DNA of 64,000 nt from Candidatus Stackebrandtia excrementipullorum (GTDB taxonomy: Bacteria > Actinomycetota > Actinomycetes > Mycobacteriales > Micromonosporaceae). The stretch spans positions 7,978 through 71,977 of the forward strand of contig DXGR01000092.1 of assembly GCA_019113825.1 (NCBI GenBank), given 5' to 3'. Of this stretch, positions 19,648 to 29,417 are shown in pieces. The notes below the pieces were generated by a model. That model saw only the letters and a list, made by a program, of their open reading frames with translations, was not told the DNA's origin and made no database searches. The stretch's first letter is position 1. Each line of letters begins with the position of its first letter. The translations under genes and the position numbers were made by a program.

Positions 19648-21093
19648 TCAACTCATCAGCTCCGCCGCGGCCACGATCAGGTCGGCCAACTCCGCGACGT
19701 CGGCGTCCTCGGTCGCGGTGGCCAGTTCAGCCGCGTGCTCGGCCAATGCCGTGACATCGATCGCCTGTGCATAATCGCCACCCCGCAACAGCTCGGCGAA
19801 GGCACCGGCCACCAGGTCGACGGCCAGGCGCGGCGACGCATCCGCCAAGTCCACGTCGACCGCTGCGATACCCGCGTCACCATCGCGTGTATCCGGTTCG
19901 TCGGTATCGGGGTCCAGCCACCGAACCGTCGCGTTTGCGAAGCCGTCGGCCGCCTGCTCGGTCAACGTGACCGCGTACAACGCGGTCACGTGGTGGCCCG
20001 GCCCGACCTCTCCACCGTCGACGGCGTCGTTGGTGAAGTCCTCGTCGGCGACATCCCGGTTCTCGAAGCCGATCAGTCGGTACTTCTCCACCATGTCGGT
20101 GTCGAACGCCACCTGTACCTTGGCGTCCTTGGCCCGCACGGCCAGCGTCGCCGCCAACTGTTGCTCGAACAGTTTCTTCGCCTGAGTGGCGGTGGAGAAG
20201 TAGACGGCGAACCCGTCACCGTTGTCGGCCAGTTGCTCCATCAGTTGGTCGCCGTATCCCGTTCCGACGCCCACGCACAGCAACGTGATGCCTGCGGCGG
20301 CCTGGTCACGGGCCGTCGCCAGGATGTCCTCGTGCTCGGTGGAACCGACGTTGGGCAACCCGTCGGACAACAGGATCACCCGGTTCACCGCGTCGGCTCG
20401 ATACCCGTCGGAGGCGGTCTGATAGGCCAGCCTCAGCCCGTCCTCGACATTGGTGGATCCGGCCGTGGCAAGCTCGTCGATCGCGGTGTGCAAGGCCGCC
20501 TTGTCCGACACCGGAGTCATAGGCTGAAGCACCTCGGCCTCATCCGAGTAGGTCACGAGCGCAACCGCGTCACCGGGGCGCAGCTGGTCGACCAACAGGT
20601 GCAGCGACTCCTGCACCACCGGCAGTCGGGCCGGGTCGTTCATGGAGCCGGATGTATCGATCACAAAAGTCAGGTGGGCGTCGGTCCGCTCGTCGGCCGG
20701 TTCGGTCTTCGTCTGAAGACCGACACGCATGATGTGGCTAGGTTCGTCGTCGGTGACGTACCAGTCGGGCGTGCGGGCACCGTCGATAGTCACCGTGAAC
20801 CCGTGGTCGTCCGGCTCCTCGTAGTCCTGAGCGAACGCGTTGACGAACTCCTCGGGCCTCACGGTGTCCTGTTGCGGCAACCGACCGTTGAGGATGCTGT
20901 CACGGGCATACTCATACGACGCCGTGTCGATGTCCACCGCGAAGGTGGAGAGGTTGTCCTCCTCCGTCGGCACCGCGTCGTTGAAGACCACCGCCCCATC
21001 GGAGGTGACGGCCCCCTGGTCCTCGGTACCGCTACAACCGGCGGCCACCAGCCCCGTCGCGGCCACCGCGATCACCGTCTTCGAAAATCTCAT
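19648..21093 (-). CDS. von Willebrand factor A domain lipoprotein (YfbK-like)
   Basis: Lipobox LVAAG-C; STFAVDIDTASY, DTSGSM MIDAS, LLSDG, ENR..ADEDF..D.VDGGEVG. Confidence 0.9.
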   Translation of the reverse strand: MRFSKTVIAVAATGLVAAGCSGTEDQGAVTSDGAVVFNDAVPTEEDNLSTFAVDIDTASYEYARDSILNGRLPQQDTVRPEEFVNAFAQDYEEPDDHGFTVTIDGARTPDWYVTDDEPSHIMRVGLQTKTEPADERTDAHLTFVIDTSGSMNDPARLPVVQESLHLLVDQLRPGDAVALVTYSDEAEVLQPMTPVSDKAALHTAIDELATAGSTNVEDGLRLAYQTASDGYRADAVNRVILLSDGLPNVGSTEHEDILATARDQAAAGITLLCVGVGTGYGDQLMEQLADNGDGFAVYFSTATQAKKLFEQQLAATLAVRAKDAKVQVAFDTDMVEKYRLIGFENRDVADEDFTNDAVDGGEVGPGHHVTALYAVTLTEQAADGFANATVRWLDPDTDEPDTRDGDAGIAAVDVDLADASPRLAVDLVAGAFAELLRGGDYAQAIDVTALAEHAAELATATEDADVAELADLIVAAAELMS

Positions 21094-21220
21094 CGTCGCG
21101 CCCCTTCGTTTGTCGCGAGAGTCGACAATGAGAGGTGTCACGGGTGGCCGGGGGTTCCACTCGATGCCGTTTCGTCGTCAAGTTGCTACCGGGCGACACC
21201 GAGTCGTTATCGTGAGACGG

Positions 21221-22312
21221 TTACGTGAGGTCGCTTCGGCCGCTCGTCTTCAGTTCGTCGACGAGTTTTTTGACGTCCTGCGCGCGATCACGAGGGCACA
21301 CCAACAGAGCGTCGGGAGTGTCCACGACCACCAGATCGTCGACGCCGAGCACCCCGACGGTGCGTCGCGAAGCGGGAACGACGACGTTTCGGCGCGCGTC
21401 GAGGGCCACCACGGCCGGTTCGATGCCGGCGGTGTCGATCACGACGTTGCCGATGTCGTCGGACGGGGGCAGGACGCTGCCAAGCGTGTCGAAGTCACCG
21501 ACGTCGTTCCACCCGAAGTCGCCGGGGACCACTCCGACCTTGCCGGCCGACGCTGCGCCCTCCATGACCGCGTAGTCGATCGAGATGCGTTCCAGGGTCG
21601 GCCATATCCGTCCGAGTCGTTCCTCACGGTCGGGTGAGTCCCAGTGGGCGGCCAACTCCCGCACGGCGGTGTGCATTGCCGGGCGTTGCCTGGCCAACTC
21701 GGCGAGGAACGCATCGACCCGCCAGACGAACATGCCCGCGTTCCACAGATAGTCGCCGCTGGAAACATATTCGACGGCGGCGACGTGGTCGGGCTTCTCC
21801 TTGAACTCCGCCAGGAGGTGTCCCACGGGCAAAGCACGGCCCCGCCGCAAATATCCGTACCCGGTCTCTGGGCCGGTGGGGGTGATACCGATCGTCATGA
21901 GCAGCCCGTCGGCTGCCGCCTCCATCGCACGCTGAACGGTGGCGGTGAAGACCTGCCGGTCGGCGATCAGGTGGTCGGCGGCGAAGGCACCGACCACGGC
22001 GTCCGGGTCGCGTTCGGCGATCACGGCGTTGGCCAGCGCAATCGCTGGAGCCGAGTCCATCGGAGACGGTTCGACGAGAATGTTCGGCTCGGGAAGTTTC
22101 GGTAGCTGACGCGCAACCGCCGCCGCGTGACCGGTACCGGTCACGACATATTGATGATCCGGATCCGACAAGTCGGCCAACCGGTTCACGGTCGCCTGCA
22201 ACAGTGAATGCTCGCTCCCGGTCAAGGGAAGCAGGAACTTGGGATTCTGGGAGCGCGAGAGCGGCCACAACCTTGTTCCACTGCCCCCGGCAGGGATCAC
22301 CGTATACAACAT
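21221..22312 (-). CDS. manC: Mannose-1-phosphate guanylyltransferase
   Basis: VIPAGGSGTRLWPLSR..PKF, ADH, ETGYGY, FKEKP, WNAGMF, SIDYAVME, WNDVG. Confidence 0.96.
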   Translation of the reverse strand: MLYTVIPAGGSGTRLWPLSRSQNPKFLLPLTGSEHSLLQATVNRLADLSDPDHQYVVTGTGHAAAVARQLPKLPEPNILVEPSPMDSAPAIALANAVIAERDPDAVVGAFAADHLIADRQVFTATVQRAMEAAADGLLMTIGITPTGPETGYGYLRRGRALPVGHLLAEFKEKPDHVAAVEYVSSGDYLWNAGMFVWRVDAFLAELARQRPAMHTAVRELAAHWDSPDREERLGRIWPTLERISIDYAVMEGAASAGKVGVVPGDFGWNDVGDFDTLGSVLPPSDDIGNVVIDTAGIEPAVVALDARRNVVVPASRRTVGVLGVDDLVVVDTPDALLVCPRDRAQDVKKLVDELKTSGRSDLT

Positions 22313-22316
22313 GCCG

Positions 22317-23486
22317 TCAGTATGACGTCCCGTCGTCATCGGTTTGGTGGGGCTTACCGGCAGCTCGACGCCAAGTCGCCAGGTGAGCGGCGGCCGAACG
22401 CTCCCAGGTGAACTCACGTGCGCGTTCAACGCCGAGAACGGACAGTTTCGCGCGCTGCTGCTCATCATCGAGCAGCGCGCTCAAATCCCTGGCGATGTCC
22501 TCGGGTTCCTCGGTGGTGTAGGCCACCGCGTCTCCACCGACCTCCGGCAGTGACAACCGTGGGGTCGTCAGCACGGGGGCCCCGCAGGCCATGGCTTCCA
22601 CGATCGGCAGACCGAAGCCCTCACCGTGCGACGGGTACGCCGCAGCGACCGCGCCGCCCAGGTACCCCGGGAGGTCGGTGAAACGCAGGTAACCCGGTCG
22701 CACGACCTTCAAGTGGGACGGAATCTGCGACACCGCGTCGTCGATGGCGTCGTCGTGGCCGGAGCCCCCCGCCAGAACCAACGCCGGCGGGTTCGGACGC
22801 TCCGCCACCGCTGCCGCCCAACCGCGAACCAGATTGGGCACGTTCTTGCGCGGCTCCATCACTCCGAGGAACGCCACGTACGGTGTGTCCGCCAGCCCGA
22901 GGCGCGCAGCGACGCGGGCCTTCTCCGCATCATCGGGAATGTAGAACGACCGTGGGTCGACACCGTGATAGGCGACGGCGGTTTTATCGGCGTCGGCGTC
23001 CAACAGACGGATCAATTCGTCGCGGGTCGCCTTGCTCGGCACGATGATTTGTGCCGCCCTCCGCAGCGAGGTTTTGATCGCCGAACGCATGAACGCGCCG
23101 CGGTGACGGTCGTAGTGTTCACGTTCGGTGAAAAACGTGGCGTCGTGAATGGTCACCGTGATCGGACAGCTCGACCGCAGTGGAGAACTGTAGAACGGCG
23201 AGTGCAAAACATCGACCCCCAGCTGCTGCGCCAACAGCGGCAGGCCCGTCTGTTCCCACGCCAGCCGCGCCGGCCGATGCGCCACCGCAGCGGGCGCGGC
23301 CACCACCTCCGCGCCCGGGGCCAAAGCCACATACCGGTCGGCGTCGGTGCGCTGACACACCACGAACACGTCGACCGGTTCATCGGAGGCGACCAACGCC
23401 GCCAACAGACCGTCCACATAGCGGCCTACTCCACCGCGGTCGGCAGGCACGCTCGTGGCGTCGACAAGTACACGTACACCGGACAC
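22317..23486 (-). CDS. Glycosyltransferase family 4 (GT-B)
   Basis: GGVGRY, TIHDA, EPRKN, EGFGLPIVEAMACG; AGGAG RBS. Confidence 0.93.
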   Translation of the reverse strand: MSGVRVLVDATSVPADRGGVGRYVDGLLAALVASDEPVDVFVVCQRTDADRYVALAPGAEVVAAPAAVAHRPARLAWEQTGLPLLAQQLGVDVLHSPFYSSPLRSSCPITVTIHDATFFTEREHYDRHRGAFMRSAIKTSLRRAAQIIVPSKATRDELIRLLDADADKTAVAYHGVDPRSFYIPDDAEKARVAARLGLADTPYVAFLGVMEPRKNVPNLVRGWAAAVAERPNPPALVLAGGSGHDDAIDDAVSQIPSHLKVVRPGYLRFTDLPGYLGGAVAAAYPSHGEGFGLPIVEAMACGAPVLTTPRLSLPEVGGDAVAYTTEEPEDIARDLSALLDDEQQRAKLSVLGVERAREFTWERSAAAHLATWRRAAGKPHQTDDDGTSY

Positions 23487-23819
23487 AGTTGATCCACTCC
23501 TGTCGATGACAACGTTCTTTGTCGCGTGTCGTCGCTCGGTGTCCTCAACGGGAACGATCACCGTGGCCGACACGACCCGCCCGTCGCGCCCGGCCCGACT
23601 CGGTGGCCTGACACGCATCGTCGGTCCCACGGTTGAGCCTACGCCGCCGCCGGAGACCGGTGAAAAGCGATGTCCGCCCACACTTCACACACACGTCACA
23701 CCACCGTGCGCACGGTGACGCATGCCGAGAGCAAGCGGAAAACGACATCGGCACCGAGCGAGGCCACATGACGCTCACCCGGTGCCGACCATTCGCCGAA
23801 GGCGTCCGAGGACGACTTC

Positions 23820-24557
23820 TCAGCGATAGCCGCCGTAGTGCTGATCCGAGTAGCGTTGCTGGGCTCCGGCAGCACGGCCGGCGTCGTAGTCGTACTCGTC
23901 CTGGCCATAACCGTCCGCAGCGTAGGGGGAGCGCTGCTGCGGCACCGGAGCCTGATACGGCTGATCGGGGGTGTCGAACGGGTTGGGGGGCCGTTCGTCG
24001 TAACCGTCACCCACCGTCGGTTGATCCAGTTGCCGGGTCGAACCCGAGTCCCCCAGAGGGGCGGCCGACTCTGTGGCCTCCCCTGTGGTCGGTGTGGTCC
24101 CCGCGAGACTGGCGGTATCCAAGTCGACGCGTTCGGCCTCTTCTTCGGCCTTACGTCCCCGCCATCTGGAGGGGAACAACGCCGTAGACAACAGGACCGC
24201 TCCGATGACCACGATCATTCCGGTGTCACCGGCGACCATGAGCGAGTCCCGTGGCAGCAGGTTGCTCACCAGAGCCTCGGGAAGGTGCAACGCCGCCATG
24301 TCTCCGCGAAACAGCGCGAATCCGACCACGTAGGTCAGACCGGCGACGACGGGACCGGCCGGTGACAGCCGTGACGCCGCCAACAAACCCAGCAACACCC
24401 CCGCCGCCGCGAACATGGCTACGGCGATGATGCGCCCCGGGGCCTCGCCACCCGACTCGAAAGCGCCGGGGTTGAGGCCGATTTGGGCGGCGCCTATGAG
24501 CAGCCACGCAAGCGGAGCGATGAGAATGCCTGCGAACAGGCTTGCGATGTGCCGCAT
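23820..24557 (-). CDS. Hypothetical membrane protein with acidic/Pro-rich cytoplasmic tail
   Basis: AGGAG RBS; four hydrophobic segments followed by a low-complexity tail. Confidence 0.75.
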   Translation of the reverse strand: MRHIASLFAGILIAPLAWLLIGAAQIGLNPGAFESGGEAPGRIIAVAMFAAAGVLLGLLAASRLSPAGPVVAGLTYVVGFALFRGDMAALHLPEALVSNLLPRDSLMVAGDTGMIVVIGAVLLSTALFPSRWRGRKAEEEAERVDLDTASLAGTTPTTGEATESAAPLGDSGSTRQLDQPTVGDGYDERPPNPFDTPDQPYQAPVPQQRSPYAADGYGQDEYDYDAGRAAGAQQRYSDQHYGGYR

Positions 24558-24673
24558 GAGGGGTCTCCTAAAAACGGTGCGGTGTCGCTTTGGCGGCCAT
24601 CCTTCCGCATTTGGGCCTCCCGTGGTGAGGCAGTATGGGGCGACGTCCAATCCGTCGCCAGGAGAGGTAACCG

Positions 24674-26617
24674 ATGTCTCCCGATTTGTTGTGGAATCCA
24701 CCCGAAGATGCAGCGACCGCCACCCGGATGGGACGGTATCTGACGTGGTTGGACAAACCCGAACTGTCGAACTACGACGACCTGTGGTCGTGGTCGGTCG
24801 ACAATCCCGGGGACTTCTGGGCGTCGATCTGGCGCCATTTCGAGGTGAGCCGGGCCCAGGTCACGGGAGCCGAGGCGCTGCCGGATGAGCGGATGCCGGG
24901 AGCCGTCTGGTTCGACGGACACGAGCTCAACTACGCCGAGCTCATGCTGCGTGCTCCCGGTCGCGCCGACGACGACGTCATCGTGGTGGCCCGTAGCGAT
25001 TCACGTCCGGACGTGGAATTGACCGTCGCCGACCTGCGCGCCCAGGTGGGCGCGTGCCGGGCGGGGCTCGAACGTCTCGGAGTCTCGTCGGGTGATCGGG
25101 TCGCCGCGTACCTGCCGAACATTCCCGAGGCCGTGGTCGTCCTTTTGGCGTGCGCGAGCCTGGGGGCGATTTTTTCCAGTTGTGCTCCCGAGTTCGGAAT
25201 CCGCAGTGTGTGCGACCGGTGGAGGCAGATCGAACCGACGGTTCTGGTCACGGTCGACGGTTACCGCTACGGTGACAAGCACATCGATCGACGCGACGAG
25301 GTCGCCACGATCCGCGCCGAGTTGCCGAGCGTTTCGCACGTGGTGGCTCTCGACTACACCGGAGGTACCGTCCCCGACGCGATCGGCTGGGACGAGCTGT
25401 TGTCGCAGCCGGCCGAGCCCCGCTTCAACCCGGTGCCGTTCGAGCATCCGCTGTATGTGCTCTATTCATCGGGCACCACGGGCCTGCCCAAACCGATCGT
25501 TCACGGCCACGGTGGCATCGCCTTGGAGCACTTGAAGATGCTGGGGCTTCATCACGATCTCGGGCCGGCCGACCGGTTCTACTGGTTCTGCACCACCGGC
25601 TGGATGATGTGGAACTACCTGGTGTCCGCACCGCTGGTGGGAGCGACCATGGTGTTGTTCGACGGCAATCCGACCGACCCGGATCTCAGCGCCCAGTGGC
25701 GCATGATCGAAGAGTGCGGGATCACGAACTTCGGTACCTCGGCGCCATACCTGTTGGCATGTCGAAAACGTGGCATCAAACCCTCCGAAGTGGCTGATCT
25801 CTCGGGGCTTCGCGGCATCGGCTCCACCGGTTCACCGCTTCCCCCGGAAGGCTTCGACTACGTCTACAGTGACATTTCGGATTCGGTGATGTTGACGTCG
25901 CTGTCCGGCGGCACCGATGTGTGCACCGGTTTTGTGGGGGGCGCTCCGTTGGTACCGGTCTACCGTGGTGAGATCGCCTGCCGATGTCTTGGTGCGAGGG
26001 TCGAAGCCTTTGATCCACAAGGCAACCCACTCATCGGGGAACAGGGCGAGCTCGTGATCACCGCTCCGATGCCGTCGATGCCGGTCGGTTTCTGGGGCGA
26101 CGACGACGGCAGTCGCTACCGAGAGGCCTACTTCGACACCTTTGACGGGGTCTGGCGTCACGGCGACTGGATCACCGTCACCGAACGAGGCACCTGTGTC
26201 ATCACCGGCCGTAGCGACGCGACGCTCAAGCGCGGCGGTGTGCGGTTGGGCACCGCGGAGTTCTACTCGGTGGTGGAGGCGCTCGACGAGGTGGCCGACT
26301 CGCTCGTTGTTCACCTGGAGGACCCCAACGGCGGAATGGGCAGGCTGTTGCTGTTCGTCGTCCCGGCTCCGGGGGTTGACGTGGACGCCGGCCTGCGTAA
26401 GCGCATCGCCGCCGAACTCCGCTCGAGCCTGTCCCCTCGGCACGTCCCCGACCAACTTCACGCTGTGACCGCCGTGCCTCGCACCCTGTCGGGTAAGAAG
26501 CTCGAGGTTCCGGTCAAACGCATCCTCACCGGCACGCCGATCGAGGTTGCCGCGGCGGCCGGTGCCCTCGCCAACCCCGAGTCACTGGAGCAGTATCTCC
26601 ACCTCGGTCGGACCTGA
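24674..26617 (+). CDS. Acetoacetate-CoA ligase
   Basis: LYSSGTTGLPKPIVHGHGG, TTGWMMWN, SGGTDVC, WRHGD, GRSDATL, SGKKLEVPVK. Confidence 0.94.
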   Translation: MSPDLLWNPPEDAATATRMGRYLTWLDKPELSNYDDLWSWSVDNPGDFWASIWRHFEVSRAQVTGAEALPDERMPGAVWFDGHELNYAELMLRAPGRADDDVIVVARSDSRPDVELTVADLRAQVGACRAGLERLGVSSGDRVAAYLPNIPEAVVVLLACASLGAIFSSCAPEFGIRSVCDRWRQIEPTVLVTVDGYRYGDKHIDRRDEVATIRAELPSVSHVVALDYTGGTVPDAIGWDELLSQPAEPRFNPVPFEHPLYVLYSSGTTGLPKPIVHGHGGIALEHLKMLGLHHDLGPADRFYWFCTTGWMMWNYLVSAPLVGATMVLFDGNPTDPDLSAQWRMIEECGITNFGTSAPYLLACRKRGIKPSEVADLSGLRGIGSTGSPLPPEGFDYVYSDISDSVMLTSLSGGTDVCTGFVGGAPLVPVYRGEIACRCLGARVEAFDPQGNPLIGEQGELVITAPMPSMPVGFWGDDDGSRYREAYFDTFDGVWRHGDWITVTERGTCVITGRSDATLKRGGVRLGTAEFYSVVEALDEVADSLVVHLEDPNGGMGRLLLFVVPAPGVDVDAGLRKRIAAELRSSLSPRHVPDQLHAVTAVPRTLSGKKLEVPVKRILTGTPIEVAAAAGALANPESLEQYLHLGRT

Positions 26618-26700
26618 TTCGGCGGCCTATGCACGCGGTCCGGAGGTCTTTCCTCGGTGGTGGTCGCGCTCGGCGTGCAATGCGCCGAACGCGGCTGCGG

Positions 26701-27423
26701 TCACGCTCGCTGAAGAATGCGGGTGTGGAGGTCGGCGAGCCTGGCGCACGGCTCGATCCCCAGTTGGGAGGCAAGCAGGGTACGTAGGTCGCGGAACGCT
26801 TTCAACGCTCCGGCGGGGTTTCCGGCGTCCCGTAGGCCGAGCATCAGCAGATACCACGCCGATTCACGCGTCGGTTCCCACGCGATGATGTGGCGGGCAC
26901 CGGCGACGACCGTGGTGGTGTCGCCGAGCCCAAGGTTGGCTCGCAGCAGGTCTTCGGTGGCGGCCAGGCGCTGCTCCTCCAGCGAAATGGAGTGCATGCG
27001 CAATGTCGGCCCCATCGGCACGTCGTCGAGGGCTCGGCCGCGCCAGAGCCCCAGCGCGTTGTCCAGTTGTTCAACCGCCCGATCGAAGTCGCGCTCGACC
27101 AGGGCGGTGCGCCCGGTACGGCATTGGACGCTGAAGCGTTCCGCGTCCAACTCATCACCCGACCGTCGCAGCAGATAACCGCTCTGGCGGGTGACGATGC
27201 GGTTTTCGGTCAGAGCACCGCGAAGGCCACTGAGGTAGGTGCGCAGGTTCGCCACCGCCGATTCGGGAGGGTTGTCCTCCCACAGCTCGGTAACCAGTTG
27301 TTTAACCGGAACCGTGCGTTGTCCGCTGACCAACAGAACCGCCAGGATCGCCTTCTGCTTCGGAGAAAAGGCTGCGGCAGTCGTGTCGTCGTCCATTCCG
27401 ACAGGTCCGAGTATTCGGAACAT
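26701..27423 (-). CDS. SARP (AfsR/DnrI/RedD family) transcriptional regulator: wHTH + BTAD only
   Basis: FRILGPV, LWEDNPPESAVANLRTY.S.LR, GYLL, ALGLWRG.AL, LGIEP...L..LH.RIL. Confidence 0.92.
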   Translation of the reverse strand: MFRILGPVGMDDDTTAAAFSPKQKAILAVLLVSGQRTVPVKQLVTELWEDNPPESAVANLRTYLSGLRGALTENRIVTRQSGYLLRRSGDELDAERFSVQCRTGRTALVERDFDRAVEQLDNALGLWRGRALDDVPMGPTLRMHSISLEEQRLAATEDLLRANLGLGDTTTVVAGARHIIAWEPTRESAWYLLMLGLRDAGNPAGALKAFRDLRTLLASQLGIEPCARLADLHTRILQRA

Positions 27424-27650
27424 GACCTCCACCGTCCTGTTGTCGATGTACGGGATCGAGCATGGTCGGTCGGTCGGCACCGCGCCTTTCGGCAACATTG
27501 CACGGGCTTGCGTCAGTCTTGTGCCAGGGTTGTATTTCGTTCAACAACCCGTTGATACATCCCGTCCACCATCACGACGCCCAGGCTGGGCAATTTCGAC
27601 GCGGCATGACATCATCTTGGTGTCAATATCGCACCATCCGAGGAGTCACC

Positions 27651-29279
27651 GTGGACACCCCCGCTTATCTACACCTGGTCGCCCAGGCCGAGGAGGCCAC
27701 CGCTCGCGACGACTTCTCCACCGCCGCGGGCCTGTGGCACGACGTGACCGACGTCAACCCGACCGGCGGCTACCTGTGGTACCGGCTCGGCCAGGCCGAA
27801 TACGAATCCGGCCGATACGAAGCCGCACTGACGGCGTTCGAGCAAGCCGGAGAACGCGGCGTGTGCCACCGACGCCCTCAATTCGTGCGTCTCCCCGCCG
27901 AACTGGCGCTCGACATCGCCCGGTGCCACGCTCGGCTCGGCAACCGTGAAGCCGCAATCGAATCGATCACCGCAGCGGTTGAACTCGGCCTGTACGACCT
28001 GAACGAGCTGTCCGACGATGTGTTCAAAGACGTCGCCGACGATCGACGATTCCGGCAACTGACGATGCCGTCGGCGCCGGCCGAGCGCAACGCCGGATGG
28101 CGTACCGATCTGACGCTCCTGACCGCCGAAATCCTGCGGCGGTCTCCGGTCGCGCATCGATACGGGAACGACGTGGCCCGAGCGTCGACCGAGCTCGAAC
28201 GACGCATCCCCGTATTGTCCGATGCTCGCATCGTCGCCGAGTTTCACCGCATCCTTGCCCTGTTGGGCGATGGCCACGCCTTCATCACGACAACCCAACC
28301 CGAACTTCCGTTGCGCCTGTTTCGGTTCGAGGAGACGGTCGTCGTCATCGCGGCGCCTCCTCGGCTTGCGCACCTGATCGGTGGTGAGCTGACCGCCGTC
28401 GACGACCGACCCGTCGACGACGTCCTCGCCGAGCTGGAACCGCTCGTCGCCAGAGACAACCGGCAACAACTTCTGAACGACGGCACGACACGGCTACGCG
28501 ACATCGCGACCCTTCACGCGCTCGGGTTGACCGAACGTCCCGACCGTGCCGTGATCGATGTGACCGGCCCGACCGGCGTGCAGCGGGTCACCGTCCACAC
28601 CGTCGACGTCCCCGCACCAAGCCGGATGAACCGGTTTCGTCCCGACGGCTGGGTGTGGCTTCCGGAGAAGGCCGAGAGGACACCGTTGCATCTGGCTCGA
28701 CTGGCCGAGCCCTACTGGTACGAGTATCTTCCGGACCACGACCTGTTCTATTTCGGGTTCAACTCGGTTGTCGAGGACGGCAAGTCACCGCTACCGAGTT
28801 TCTTCGCCGACATGTTCGATCACTTCGACGAGGTGAAGCCCTACCGGTTCGTCGTCGATGTGCGATGGAACGGGGGCGGTAACACGTTCAAAGCCCTTGA
28901 ACTTCTGAACCGGGTCCTGGCCCGCCCGGACCTCAACAGGCCGGATCGCCTGTTCGTCATCACGGGACGCAACACGTTCTCCGCCGCACAAAACACCGTC
29001 ACCACCCTGTGGCTCCACACCGATGCGACGTTCGTGGGTGAACCCACCGGGTCGAGCCCCAATTTCACCGGGGAGGTCGTCGGATTTCAACTCCCTCACA
29101 GCGGCCTGACCGCAAACGTCTCCGATCTGCACTGGCAGACCTCGGTACCGCTGGATCATCGAACCTGGATCGAACCGGACCTCTACGCACCGCCCCGGCT
29201 GAGCGACTGGTTGGCGGGTCACGACCCGGCGCTCGCGGCGATCACCCGATATCCGAGAAGGGACGGGAGTGACGCATAG
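27651..29279 (+). CDS. TPR-containing S41-like serine peptidase, no signal peptide
   Basis: N-terminal TPR helices; LGDGHA, DVRWNGGGN, TFSAA (nucleophile Ser), GEPTGSSPN; AGGAG RBS. Confidence 0.8.
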   Translation: MDTPAYLHLVAQAEEATARDDFSTAAGLWHDVTDVNPTGGYLWYRLGQAEYESGRYEAALTAFEQAGERGVCHRRPQFVRLPAELALDIARCHARLGNREAAIESITAAVELGLYDLNELSDDVFKDVADDRRFRQLTMPSAPAERNAGWRTDLTLLTAEILRRSPVAHRYGNDVARASTELERRIPVLSDARIVAEFHRILALLGDGHAFITTTQPELPLRLFRFEETVVVIAAPPRLAHLIGGELTAVDDRPVDDVLAELEPLVARDNRQQLLNDGTTRLRDIATLHALGLTERPDRAVIDVTGPTGVQRVTVHTVDVPAPSRMNRFRPDGWVWLPEKAERTPLHLARLAEPYWYEYLPDHDLFYFGFNSVVEDGKSPLPSFFADMFDHFDEVKPYRFVVDVRWNGGGNTFKALELLNRVLARPDLNRPDRLFVITGRNTFSAAQNTVTTLWLHTDATFVGEPTGSSPNFTGEVVGFQLPHSGLTANVSDLHWQTSVPLDHRTWIEPDLYAPPRLSDWLAGHDPALAAITRYPRRDGSDA

Positions 29280-29417
29280 GAGCAGCAGTGATCTGGGGAT
29301 ATAACTGAAGGTAACGATCCGGCATCGACGACGGTTCGGGCTTGACGTCACCACCGGGGTGGCTCGTAGAGTTCTCGGCGCACCTACCCCGACTTATCCG
29401 GCCACCCCCCAGGACTG

